Assembly: GCA_016217875.1 (NCBI GenBank)
Contig: JACRFN010000042.1
Coordinates: 1 to 49,002 of the forward strand
Length of the DNA: 49,002 nt
Direction of reading: 5' to 3'
Source of the DNA: Candidatus Kerfeldbacteria bacterium
GTDB lineage: Bacteria; Patescibacteriota; Patescibacteriia; Veblenbacterales; UBA10138
Positions within the stretch are counted from its first letter, which is position 1. Each line of letters opens with the position of its first letter. Shown one piece after another: positions 16,292 to 25,111 of the stretch. Below the pieces are notes generated by a model, which made no database searches, had not been told where the DNA came from, and saw only the letters and a program-made list of their open reading frames with translations. A program made the translations under genes and the position numbers.

Positions 16292-17983
16292 ATGAAGCAA
16301 AACTTTTTCCACTACGCCACCATACTGGCCCTCCTAGCCGCCGCTATCTCCGGCACCAACAACTTCTTAACCAAGGTAGCGGTAGGTGTGGTAGGCGATC
16401 CGATCGTATTTACCACACTCAAAAATGTATTGGTAGCTATGGCATTGGGGGGGCTCGTACTGGGGTTAAAAAAGTGGAAGGAAATCAAGGGTTTAAGTCG
16501 GCGTCAGTTGACACTACTCTGCGCCATCGGTGTGGTTGGAGGCTCAGTGCCGTTCGCGCTCTACTTTACCGGACTTGCGCAAACGAGCGCCATAAACGCC
16601 GGCCTTATACACAAAACACTTTTCTTGTGGGTGTTTTTGTTTGCTGTGCCTTGGCTTAAAGAAAAAGTAACCGCCTGGCAGTGGATGGGTGTGATAGTGC
16701 TGTTTGCTTCCAATCTTTTAGTCGGCGGTTTTGTTGGCTTCCGCTACAACACAGGCGAACTTATGATTCTGGCGGCTACAGTGCTGTGGGCTACAGAAAA
16801 CGTCATAGCCAAATCGGTGTTGCGCGACGTCTCCAGCACTACCGTGGCGGCCAGCCGTATGATACTAGGCTCTATCATACTGTCGCTCTTCATAGTGATG
16901 GGGGGCAGGGGAGTAGCGCTTTATAGTCTCACTCCTGAACAATGGGGCTGGACTATACTCACCAGCGCGCTGCTTTTGGGTTATGTCTTAAGTTGGTACG
17001 CCGCGCTGAAGCGCGCGCCGGCGACTTATGTGGCGGCTTTATTGGTGCCGGCCACTTTGGTCACCAACCTGCTGTCGGCGGTTTTTGTCATCCACGCTTT
17101 AACGCCGCTCCAGGCTGGGGCTGGGGCACTAACAGTATTGGGTGTAGCTTTGATTATCTGGTTCAGCCACCCGCGGGCAACAGTTACGCCGCCCAGGGTT
17201 CCGCCAGCGCACGGCTTGCGCCTGGACGACGAACCATCTGGCAGCCTTATAACTGATGGCATACTGCGCTGCGCCCGTTATGCTTTTGGGCCTAACCGGC
17301 TGCACTATTGCGGGCCGGACGCGAACCGCGAGGTTGCCTCTTACCTGGCGCACGGCGTCAGCGACCCGGGTCTGGCGCATCTTCTGAGCGATTTCCGCAC
17401 TATGTATCCGTACCTTAAACTTATTGCCGACTCAAACCACATCCCAGACCCGTTTGATGAACGCGTGGTTGAGGCTTACTGGATAGGCAATGAACTACTG
17501 GAGGCAGTCTCTAGGAGACAGCTTTATCGTCATCTGATTGACGAACACGGACTTAAGCGACGGCTTAGCCCTAAGTCTTTCCAGCGGGTAGCCAATGCCA
17601 TCGGCGGCGGGGCCGTGCCTCATCACTCTTTCCATGTGTTTGATATTTGGCGCCGCACCGGGCACCTGGACCGCGAGCACACCTTAGAGAGCCTGGACGA
17701 GTGCCGTATCAGTTGGGGCCGCGTGGTCTTAGTGGATGGCCAGACGCTAACCGTGGAACGAGAGCCCCTGGCTTACGCTCAAGGCAAACTATTCCTGGCT
17801 CCGCCCGTACCGCGTCGGTTAGTGCGCCGTCTTGAATCTGACTACGAAATTGAACAACTTAAAGTGGGTGACCTGGTGACCATCCACTGGGGTGTGCCCT
17901 GCGAAGTGGTTACACCGTCACAGATAAGCACACTTAAGGCCTACACTCTGCGTCACCTCAAATTCGCTAACCAAACACTGTGA
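16292..17983 (+). CDS. EamA/DMT-type 10-TM transporter domain fused to a ~260-aa soluble C-terminal domain of unknown function
   Basis: The first ~295 aa are repeated hydrophobic helices typical of DMT/EamA. The C-terminal part (ILRCARYAFGPNRLHYCGPD...VGDLVTIHWGVPCEV) is hydrophilic and I do not recognise it. The stop overlaps the next gene's GTG start (GTGA). Confidence 0.6.
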   Translation: MKQNFFHYATILALLAAAISGTNNFLTKVAVGVVGDPIVFTTLKNVLVAMALGGLVLGLKKWKEIKGLSRRQLTLLCAIGVVGGSVPFALYFTGLAQTSAINAGLIHKTLFLWVFLFAVPWLKEKVTAWQWMGVIVLFASNLLVGGFVGFRYNTGELMILAATVLWATENVIAKSVLRDVSSTTVAASRMILGSIILSLFIVMGGRGVALYSLTPEQWGWTILTSALLLGYVLSWYAALKRAPATYVAALLVPATLVTNLLSAVFVIHALTPLQAGAGALTVLGVALIIWFSHPRATVTPPRVPPAHGLRLDDEPSGSLITDGILRCARYAFGPNRLHYCGPDANREVASYLAHGVSDPGLAHLLSDFRTMYPYLKLIADSNHIPDPFDERVVEAYWIGNELLEAVSRRQLYRHLIDEHGLKRRLSPKSFQRVANAIGGGAVPHHSFHVFDIWRRTGHLDREHTLESLDECRISWGRVVLVDGQTLTVEREPLAYAQGKLFLAPPVPRRLVRRLESDYEIEQLKVGDLVTIHWGVPCEVVTPSQISTLKAYTLRHLKFANQTL

Positions 17984-18357
17984 CCGTTTTTGTTTTTGGC
18001 AATCCCGATCTGCCGTTTGATTCACTGCCGTTGCGTTTGCTGCCGGCCCTCAAGCGCGAATTTCCGAATGTTAATTTTGTAGTGCGCGACCCAAACGAAG
18101 ATTGGGAAGTACCAGCCGAACTTATACTTATTGATACGGTGGAAGGCATAAATAAAGTATCGGTCCTAACTGATTTGGATGAAGTAACAACTTCGCCGCA
18201 CCTAACTCTGCATGACTTTGATGTTGGTTTGCATCTTAAGTATTTAAAAAAACTCGGCAAGTTAAAGCAAGTTACGATCATCGGCCTGCCGCCGACACTT
18301 GCCGAAGCCGAAGCCTTACCGGCAGTGGTAACTAATCTCCGCGCCAATCTACCTTAA
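17980..18357 (+). CDS. [NiFe] hydrogenase maturation endopeptidase (HycI/HoxW-like)
   Basis: A 125-aa protein with VFGNPDLPFDS near the N-terminus, LILIDTV, and TLHDFD. These match the Asp/Asp/His metal-ligand spacing of hydrogenase maturation proteases. It is adjacent to the large subunit, which carries a cleavable C-terminal extension. Confidence 0.6.
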   Translation: MTVFVFGNPDLPFDSLPLRLLPALKREFPNVNFVVRDPNEDWEVPAELILIDTVEGINKVSVLTDLDEVTTSPHLTLHDFDVGLHLKYLKKLGKLKQVTIIGLPPTLAEAEALPAVVTNLRANLP

Positions 18358-19624
18358 GAAAGTGCGCGGCACAACTCATGCAAGGGTCATAAGCCCGAAT
18401 GAGCTTTTCCAGCTCAGCTGGGATTTTGTCTTTGGGCGTGGTGGGTAAAAGCTCATTCACCAGCCGCCAAATGTCCTCTTCAATGTTGATTTGATTCTGG
18501 CCGGTCGGCACCACAATTTCGCCTTGCTTGACCTTACCGTCCGCCGCCACCTCCACCTGATGATAAAGTGTGCCGCGCGGCGCCTCAATTACCCCCACGC
18601 CAACAGCCTCGCGCGGTTGAGCTGTTATCACTGGTTCGGCTGTAAATTTACTGCTGGTTAATATATCAATGGCATCGTCAATTGAATGCAGAATCTCAAT
18701 AGCCTGAGCCAGGTTATTTTGATAAATGTCAGTGGAGGGGAAAATGTCCAAAGTATTGCCCAAGTTCGCCTTGGTTTTGGGATGAAGTTTATTTTTGGCC
18801 AAATTAAGCCGAGCCAAGGCCCCAACCATAAAAGACCCGCCGTTGTGTTTGTAGGCCGAAGCTTGAGAATAGGGGAGTATGACGTGCTCCAAATGGTCAC
18901 GGTATTTTTCTTCTGGTATGCGCAAACCGTTACTGGTCTGGATGACGCCGTTCAAAAACCCGAAACGTTCCGGTACCAGCGCCATAAAATGGGTTTGCCG
19001 GTCAAAATGGAACGGCGTTTTTTTGAATATGTCAATCAAGCGCAATACTGCCGGCCGGGCCGCTTGTAATTTATCCGCCGCCTCGGCCATCTGCGCCTGG
19101 TCAGGTACGTGTAGAAAACCGCCGATAACCGGGTTAGTGGCGTGCACGCTACGCCCGGCCACCACCGTGGCCAAAAAATTACCGGCTGATTTAACTTCAA
19201 ATCCGTCATGAAGCAATTGGTGTTGCTCCGGATCCTGCTCGTCAAAATCAAGAAAGGCGTCCTTGTGGTAAATATCGGGCAGTGAAAACAAATAAAGGTG
19301 TAAAGCGTGGTCGCGTATCATCAAACCGTACATGGTAAGAGTGCGTAACAACATGGTTTGTTCTGACGGCGTTATGCCGAGCGCCCGCTCGCAAGCCTCA
19401 ATACTGCACAGCACATGGGCGTTGGAACAGGTGCCACAAATACGCGCCAGCAGCTGCGGCAAAGCTGCCAGCGGCTTACCTCGTATGGCCTGGGTGAAAA
19501 AACGCTTGAACTCCGTGATTTTGAAATGCACGTGCTCTACCTTGTTGTTTTTTACGCGCACCTCCAAACTGGCGGAACCTTCCACTTTGGTAATGCGGTC
19601 GAGTGTGAGGTCAAAAGTGTGCAT
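18332..19624 (-). CDS. [NiFe] hydrogenase large subunit (short, group-3-like)
   Basis: An N-terminal RICGTCSNAH (RxCGxC) and a C-terminal DPCMSCAAH, followed by a 9-aa extension FLKVDWRGD. Confidence 0.88.
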   Translation of the reverse strand: MHTFDLTLDRITKVEGSASLEVRVKNNKVEHVHFKITEFKRFFTQAIRGKPLAALPQLLARICGTCSNAHVLCSIEACERALGITPSEQTMLLRTLTMYGLMIRDHALHLYLFSLPDIYHKDAFLDFDEQDPEQHQLLHDGFEVKSAGNFLATVVAGRSVHATNPVIGGFLHVPDQAQMAEAADKLQAARPAVLRLIDIFKKTPFHFDRQTHFMALVPERFGFLNGVIQTSNGLRIPEEKYRDHLEHVILPYSQASAYKHNGGSFMVGALARLNLAKNKLHPKTKANLGNTLDIFPSTDIYQNNLAQAIEILHSIDDAIDILTSSKFTAEPVITAQPREAVGVGVIEAPRGTLYHQVEVAADGKVKQGEIVVPTGQNQINIEEDIWRLVNELLPTTPKDKIPAELEKLIRAYDPCMSCAAHFLKVDWRGD

Positions 19625-19662
19625 GAGAAAGATTCAAAAATCAAAAGTCAAAACTGGTTTTT

Positions 19663-19766
19663 GGTGCCGCCCTGCCGGAGTGTCAGCTAGCGCGGCGGCA
19701 CCCATGTGAAGGACTAGCTGACCCGTGCTGTGGTAGTTACGCATAGGGCCAGCCCTGAACATGGGT
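19663..19766. other. GC-rich element with three interleaved 8-9-bp complementary pairs (pseudoknot-capable) between the hydrogenase subunit genes
   Basis: GGTGCCGCC (19663-19671) pairs with GGCGGCACC (19694-19702). GTCAGCTAG (19682-19690) pairs with CTAGCTGAC (19714-19722). ACCCATGT (19700-19707) pairs with ACATGGGT (19759-19766). Confidence 0.6.
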
Positions 19767-19848
19767 AGCCGCGCCTGACACGGAGGCCGAGGCGGCGCTT
19801 CTTACGCCACTTCTTCTAAAGAAGTGGCAAAAAATTAGTAAACGATGT

Positions 19849-20373
19849 TCACTTAAGTAATTCGTTAACCAAAGAATTAACCGTATCCAAAAACACCTTA
19901 GGATCCATAGGGCAACCAGGCACGGCAGCATCAACCTTAACCACCTCAGACACCTTAAGCACTTTGGGTAGGGCGGCAAAGCGGGCCAGCAAAAATTCAA
20001 TGGCCTTGTTTTGTTCTTCATTAAAGGTGTTGCGTTGGGCCGCCGGCATGCCTTGCACGGCGCAAGCGCCTATGGCCACCAACTTTTTGGCCCTTTGCCT
20101 TATCTGGCGCAGCGTGGCCGCCTGCGTATCTGAAGCGATAGCGCCCTCAACAAAAGCGATGTCAAACTCATCAAACACGTTTTTAGACTTTAGAACCCGG
20201 ACATGGCGAAAATCAAACACCTCCTTCCACTCTTGCCAGTGGTCGTTCAAAAGTTCGGTAAAGACAATGGTACTATCCTCACAGCAGGAAAAAGAAAACC
20301 AACCAATTTTAAGCTTAGTTTTGGCCTTAACTGATTTGGTCTTCAATTTGGGCATAAGAATATTAAACCACAA
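19849..20373 (-). CDS. [NiFe] hydrogenase small subunit (group-3-like, short)
   Basis: Cysteine blocks FSCCEDS, GACAVQG and VPGCP, a 174-aa size, and a position upstream of the large subunit. Confidence 0.8.
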   Translation of the reverse strand: MWFNILMPKLKTKSVKAKTKLKIGWFSFSCCEDSTIVFTELLNDHWQEWKEVFDFRHVRVLKSKNVFDEFDIAFVEGAIASDTQAATLRQIRQRAKKLVAIGACAVQGMPAAQRNTFNEEQNKAIEFLLARFAALPKVLKVSEVVKVDAAVPGCPMDPKVFLDTVNSLVNELLK

Positions 20374-20388
20374 TCTTATCCGGCTCAG

Positions 20389-20673
20389 TCAACCTATTCT
20401 ATCAATTAATGTCTGTATATTTACTGATTTTTGTTGATGCTGAATCGCTTTATCATGACCGCCCACTTTACGCCCAGCCAGCTGACCAAAAGCCTCCCGT
20501 CCGCTATGCAATAATTTACGTATAGATATGGTCTGCTCCTTCTTAGAGGCAGGTGAAGAATATGAAATCTGCTCGTCGTACTGACCGTTACTTAAAGCTT
20601 GACGTAATAAGGCCACGACTTCTGGGCCAGCCTTGGTATTGCCCACAAATCTTTCTATCAGATCGTTAACCAC
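20389..20673 (-). CDS. Hypothetical protein (94 aa, GTG start)
   Basis: Known only from the ORF track. No motif recognised. Confidence 0.35.
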   Translation of the reverse strand: MVNDLIERFVGNTKAGPEVVALLRQALSNGQYDEQISYSSPASKKEQTISIRKLLHSGREAFGQLAGRKVGGHDKAIQHQQKSVNIQTLIDRIG

Positions 20674-20822
20674 GGCTGTATCTTCGGCTGATAATTTTTC
20701 TGGCGCGCTGATGGCTGATTCACGTTCGTTAAAAATTAATAATAACCCAAAATCTTATCTATAACTAAAATACCTCAGGTTCAAAAATATAACAAATGCC
20801 CGGGAGTAATTTAGGCACTACC

Positions 20823-21452
20823 TTAAATAAAAGTAAATAAACTATCAGCCGGGAACCTCACTTTGGGGTTACTCGGCCCCTCACTTCTGTAACCTATGGC
20901 TAAATAAACCAGCGATTTCATATGTGGCGGCAAACCCAGCACCCCATTAACTTTATCTTTATCAAACCCCTCCATGGGGCAGGAATCCAGCCCCAGCTCG
21001 GCACAAGCGGCTAAGCCAAAACCCAAAGCAATATAGGTTGAGCGTGAAGCCCAACTGAGTAAGTCTTCAGGTGTCCGGGCGCCGAGCGATTTGAGCCTGG
21101 CTTGACGCAATGGCTCCAGGCCGGCTTTAGCCGCCGCTTCGCCCCTGCTCGCCACTTCCACATAACCGTCAATTAAGTAAGTTATATCTAAACGGATGCA
21201 GAACACTAGAAGATATGGCGCTTCCAGTACTTGTAGCTGCTGCTTGGATACGGGGTAGAGTTTTTGCTTAAGTTCCTGGCTCTGCACCACATAAACATGA
21301 AAAGGCTGCAGACCTAAAGATGTCGGGGCCAAACGGATGGCTTTTAAAACTTTATCCAGGTCATCTTGAGATATTGGCTTCGAGATATTAAACCTTTTAG
21401 TGGCAAAACGCCAATCAAGTTGACTGAGAAAAGTAGTCATAGTCAGTAGCAA
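20823..21452 (-). CDS. Nitroreductase-family NAD(P)H-flavin oxidoreductase
   Basis: WRFATKRF..ISQDDLDKVLKAIRLAPTSLGLQPF, the typical nitroreductase N-terminal block, and a ~205-aa size. Confidence 0.75.
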   Translation of the reverse strand: MLLTMTTFLSQLDWRFATKRFNISKPISQDDLDKVLKAIRLAPTSLGLQPFHVYVVQSQELKQKLYPVSKQQLQVLEAPYLLVFCIRLDITYLIDGYVEVASRGEAAAKAGLEPLRQARLKSLGARTPEDLLSWASRSTYIALGFGLAACAELGLDSCPMEGFDKDKVNGVLGLPPHMKSLVYLAIGYRSEGPSNPKVRFPADSLFTFI

Positions 21453-21487
21453 TGAAGTAAGTTAAAAAACATAAGTTAAGGACAGGC

Positions 21488-22468
21488 TTATTCTCTCAAT
21501 GGATGAAATTTATGATGGGTGGTTTCAGCGTATTTATCAGAAGCATGGACATAACGTGTGGTGGTATCAAGCGACTCGTGGCCCAAGAGCACCTGAATGG
21601 CCGCGGGATTAGCGCCTGATTCGGCTAAATATGTGGCAAAACCGTGCCGCAGGCTGTGAGCCGAAGTGGGCACATTGATGCGCAGCTGTTCACGATAACA
21701 CTTAATTTTCATTTGCAAATAATTAGTGGAAATGCGGCTAGTTGCCTTGCTCGCGTTCTCACCGCGGTAGGGGATAAATAAAGCCGGGTGATCATCTCGT
21801 CTGGTTTTTAAATAAGCATCAATATGCCTAATGGACCGCGGCGTCAAATAGACAAAACGTTCCTTTTTACCCTTGCCCATGACGAAGATGCGTCCGCTAT
21901 CATCAATCTGGCTTCGTTTCAGGCTGACTAGTTCTGAAATACGCAAACCAGTGGCGAACAGCACCTCCAGTATAGCCCGGTTGCGTAAAGCCACCTGTTT
22001 ATTTTTCTCTATAGCTGTGGGTGATTCAATTAGCCTCACCAATTCTGATAGCTCAGCCACCTGAGGATGTTTACGTTCGTTCTTCACCAGCTTCACTGCC
22101 TCGGGGGGTAGGGGAGTAGGATAATCCATGGCAATCAAGTAACGCAAATAGGCCCTCAGGCTTGAAAGCATACGATTAAGAGAATAACTCTTAAGTCTTT
22201 TGTTAGCTGGAGCGTTCTGACAAGTGCGACGGTCGCGTGAAGCAAGGTAGGCCTTATAGCGCTCAATGGTCTTCTTATCCACAGAGGAAGTAGTGAGGCC
22301 CAATTCGTTTAAAAATTCCTCAAACACCTTAAGGTCACGCTCGTAATTATAAACTGTCTCGGGTGAGTAATTATTTGTCTGCAGTGAAAGAAGCCAATCT
22401 TCTAAATATGGCAATGGCTCAGCTTGTTGGCGGGGGGAGAGGGCTTTAGTCCGAACTTGTTTTTTCAT
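21488..22468 (-). CDS. Tyrosine recombinase (XerC/XerD family)
   Basis: GLRISEL, HSLRHGFATYL and LGHESLDTTTRYVH (R..HxxR..Y catalytic residues), plus an N-terminal SAM-like core-binding domain. Confidence 0.85.
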   Translation of the reverse strand: MKKQVRTKALSPRQQAEPLPYLEDWLLSLQTNNYSPETVYNYERDLKVFEEFLNELGLTTSSVDKKTIERYKAYLASRDRRTCQNAPANKRLKSYSLNRMLSSLRAYLRYLIAMDYPTPLPPEAVKLVKNERKHPQVAELSELVRLIESPTAIEKNKQVALRNRAILEVLFATGLRISELVSLKRSQIDDSGRIFVMGKGKKERFVYLTPRSIRHIDAYLKTRRDDHPALFIPYRGENASKATSRISTNYLQMKIKCYREQLRINVPTSAHSLRHGFATYLAESGANPAAIQVLLGHESLDTTTRYVHASDKYAETTHHKFHPLRE

Positions 22469-22560
22469 AATTAACTCTGGCTTAAGAAACTGAGTGTAAG
22501 GGATATTATACTCAGTTTATCATATATATTAAATTATGGCAAACACCTCTAAAACACCAC

Positions 22561-23025
22561 CTACACCAGCCCCAGCTGTTTATCTAAGGGCGGATGTGAA
22601 AAATAAGCCCTAACCTTAAACAACGGGTCTATTAGTTCAATCATCTCCATACCCGGACGCTCAATAAGTTTAAATCCAGGCTTTGACAAGTGAGCTGCTT
22701 TAAAGCGCGGATAGTCCGAAACTGTAAAATCAGCGTCCCCGAGCTCGGGTCGGGTTTTGTCTGGCTGCCTCACCTTAACCAACCTTAACCTCCCAGCCAC
22801 TGTCCTTATAGCCCCCAGGTCAAACACAGGCCCACTTCGGGTCTCTTGTACAACACTGCCTAGCTCCTTGGCCAGAGTCAGTAATGTCTGATACTCATCA
22901 ATACTTTGCGTAAAAATTGCGGCGTAATTTACTGGTGCGTTGTATTCTGCTGTATGCTTGTCTTTTAACTCCCGCGCCTGCTGGACAACATTACGCAATA
23001 AAACTTCTAAATCCACTGCCTGCAT
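22561..23025 (-). CDS. Hypothetical protein (154 aa)
   Basis: ORF of plausible length; no motif recognised. Confidence 0.45.
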   Translation of the reverse strand: MQAVDLEVLLRNVVQQARELKDKHTAEYNAPVNYAAIFTQSIDEYQTLLTLAKELGSVVQETRSGPVFDLGAIRTVAGRLRLVKVRQPDKTRPELGDADFTVSDYPRFKAAHLSKPGFKLIERPGMEMIELIDPLFKVRAYFSHPPLDKQLGLV

Positions 23026-23066
23026 AAGTTCTGTTGCTTAAGTGTCGTAAAATATAAATCTGGTTT

Positions 23067-23975
23067 TTAATGCAATTTGTAATAAAGCCGCGATACAAAC
23101 CTGACATCTATATACTCGAGCCGAGCCGCATCGGCCTTAATCTTATCTTCTAGCAAACGACGTAAGCTCACTATCTGAATCAACGGATCTTCTTGTGTGG
23201 AAAAGAACACATACCAACCGGTGGGAGTATAAGCCTGCACGGTGGGCAAAGCTTGGGCATCAAACTGTACGTAACTCAGTTCCAGTTTGGGTAGTTCTTG
23301 GCGCCAAGCCGCGGCCATTAAACTAAGAAAAGTCATGGCATTTTCCGGCGCCACTTCATCGCCCAGTTTCGGCTCGGGCGCCTCAGCTTCGCTTCTTGAA
23401 GTAAGATCATGCACCAAAACTAATTCTTTGGCCGGCCAGTCGGCCGGTAATTCCTGCACCAGTAACCCTCGTTTATCAACCACAAAACTCCTCTCCCCTA
23501 TCGCCCACCTGGCCACGACTAAATTTTCGGCCACATTGACGCGGAGTACATTGGGCCAGTGCCTGTCAAAAGTTAGACTTTCGGCGTAGAACTCGCGACC
23601 AATAGCTTCCCGGGCCCGCGAGGTGCTAAAAAAAATCAAATTTGCTTGCGGTAACAGCCACCATCGGTGCTCGTTCGTCACGGCCTGCAATATTTTTAAA
23701 ATCCGTTGTTCCGTCACGCGGGACGGCACGTGATTGATAATAATATTCTTTATTTGCCAAACGGGTAAGAAGGCAAGAACGACCAACGCCGCCAGCGGCA
23801 GCAATAAAATCGCCATCAACCAATACCGACGCCAACGAGGACGAGGAATTTTATGATAAGCCTGCGACAACTGCCGCACCGTGGCCGGAGCGCTGTAAGT
23901 AGTGGGTGAAAAATCACGCGGTCGGCGCCGCGTGCTGACACGTCTGGACCTACGACTTAAACCTACCGATACCAT
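23067..23975 (-). CDS. ftsQ: Cell division protein FtsQ-like (basic N-tail, single TM, POTRA-like domain)
   Basis: An Arg-rich N-terminus, one TM (YWLMAILLLPLAALVVLAFL), and a position immediately after ddl with a 13-nt overlap. Confidence 0.65.
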   Translation of the reverse strand: MVSVGLSRRSRRVSTRRRPRDFSPTTYSAPATVRQLSQAYHKIPRPRWRRYWLMAILLLPLAALVVLAFLPVWQIKNIIINHVPSRVTEQRILKILQAVTNEHRWWLLPQANLIFFSTSRAREAIGREFYAESLTFDRHWPNVLRVNVAENLVVARWAIGERSFVVDKRGLLVQELPADWPAKELVLVHDLTSRSEAEAPEPKLGDEVAPENAMTFLSLMAAAWRQELPKLELSYVQFDAQALPTVQAYTPTGWYVFFSTQEDPLIQIVSLRRLLEDKIKADAARLEYIDVRFVSRLYYKLH

Positions 23976-25093
23976 GCGCTTTTGGGCTGATAAGAAGTTC
24001 TTAAACGGCGCCGCGTGCTGCTTCGCTCCAGCGCCAAACCGATTAACTTATCAATCAACTGGGGATACTTGAGCCCCGAAGCCTGCCACAGTTTAGGATA
24101 CATGCTAATGCTGGTAAACCCAGGAATGGTATTTACCTCATTAAGATACACTTGCCAGGGGCGAGGCTTAACCAAAAAATCCACCCGCGCCAGGCCAGCC
24201 AAATCAAGGGCCTTAAAAGCGGCCAGGCTTAAATTACGCACCAATCGAGCCACGGCTTTGGGCAAGGGAGCTGGAATAACAGCTTGGGATTTGCCATCCA
24301 CATACTTGGCGTCGTAATCATAAAACTCGTTAGACGAGACAATTTGCCCCGGTACCGAGGCTTGGGGCTTGCTGTTACCCAAAACCGAACACTCTATCTC
24401 CAGGGCCCCCTCCACGCTCCGTTCCACAATGACGCGGTTGTCATAACGGAAGGCCAGGGTCAGCGCTCGGGTCAACTCCCGCTTAGTGTGGGCCTTACTG
24501 ATACCCACCGAAGAGCCAAGGTTAGCCGGCTTAACAAAACAAGGCAATTTTATTTTTTTCAAACACAGACGCAGCCAAGACGCTGGCGATTTTTTATATT
24601 CAGCCTGCGTAGTATAAACAAAATCTGGCGTGGGTAACTTATGCGCCATAAATACCAATTTTTGTGCTATTTTATCCATGCCCAAAGCTGAGCCGAGCAC
24701 GCCGGCACCTACAAAAGGAATGTCAGCCAGTTCCAACAGCCCTTGCACTGTGCCGTCTTCGCCAAACGTTCCATGTAATACCGGAAACACCACATCCAGT
24801 TTTTGCGGACTACCGGTAGTAGTCAAAGGTGTCAACCCTCGCTCCTGCGGCTCGGGCGCCACAACAGCGCGTAAACCAGACGGTATCTTGGTTCGGCCAG
24901 CCTTGAGCAGACCGATCGCCTTGGGTCCTACCAACCATTGTCCAGCTTTGGTAATGCCTATGGGCACCACCTCATACTTGCGGCGATTCAAATTCTTCAT
25001 GACCGAAGTGGCCGACACCAGCGACACTTCGTGTTCGGCTGATCGGCCGCCAAATAAAACACCCACTCTTAATTTTTTTCTAGCCATATACAA
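23963..25093 (-). CDS. ddl: D-alanine--D-alanine ligase
   Basis: KLRVGVLFGGRSAEHEVSLVSA at the N-terminus, an ATP-grasp body, and C-terminal LNEVNTIPGFT. Confidence 0.92.
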   Translation of the reverse strand: MYMARKKLRVGVLFGGRSAEHEVSLVSATSVMKNLNRRKYEVVPIGITKAGQWLVGPKAIGLLKAGRTKIPSGLRAVVAPEPQERGLTPLTTTGSPQKLDVVFPVLHGTFGEDGTVQGLLELADIPFVGAGVLGSALGMDKIAQKLVFMAHKLPTPDFVYTTQAEYKKSPASWLRLCLKKIKLPCFVKPANLGSSVGISKAHTKRELTRALTLAFRYDNRVIVERSVEGALEIECSVLGNSKPQASVPGQIVSSNEFYDYDAKYVDGKSQAVIPAPLPKAVARLVRNLSLAAFKALDLAGLARVDFLVKPRPWQVYLNEVNTIPGFTSISMYPKLWQASGLKYPQLIDKLIGLALERSSTRRRLRTSYQPKSAWYR

Positions 25094-25111
25094 AGTGCGA
25101 ATAAAATCAAA

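Noticed and set aside
17967-18347. 126-aa minus-strand ORF antisense to the maturation protease gene
   Set aside because: The plus-strand reading has the protease-like Asp/Asp/His pattern and a coupled GTGA start. The antisense translation is Ser/Arg/Thr-rich with no motif.
19806-19828. Hairpin GCCACTTCTT-CTA-AAGAAGTGGC as a terminator between the hydrogenase subunit genes
   Set aside because: On the coding (minus) strand the T-run precedes the hairpin rather than following it. On the plus strand it is followed by A-runs. It is not a canonical intrinsic terminator in either direction.
19625-19848. NiCo or another known metal riboswitch in the hydrogenase spacer
   Set aside because: I could not recognise the four-way-junction layout or the conserved nucleotides of the czcD (NiCo) motif, or of any other riboswitch class I know. 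I report only the raw interleaved pairings.
21488-22468. The tyrosine recombinase as a marker of an integrated mobile element
   Set aside because: I found no flanking direct repeats, no tRNA, and no compositional shift around it. A single XerC/D-type recombinase is expected as a housekeeping chromosome-dimer resolvase.
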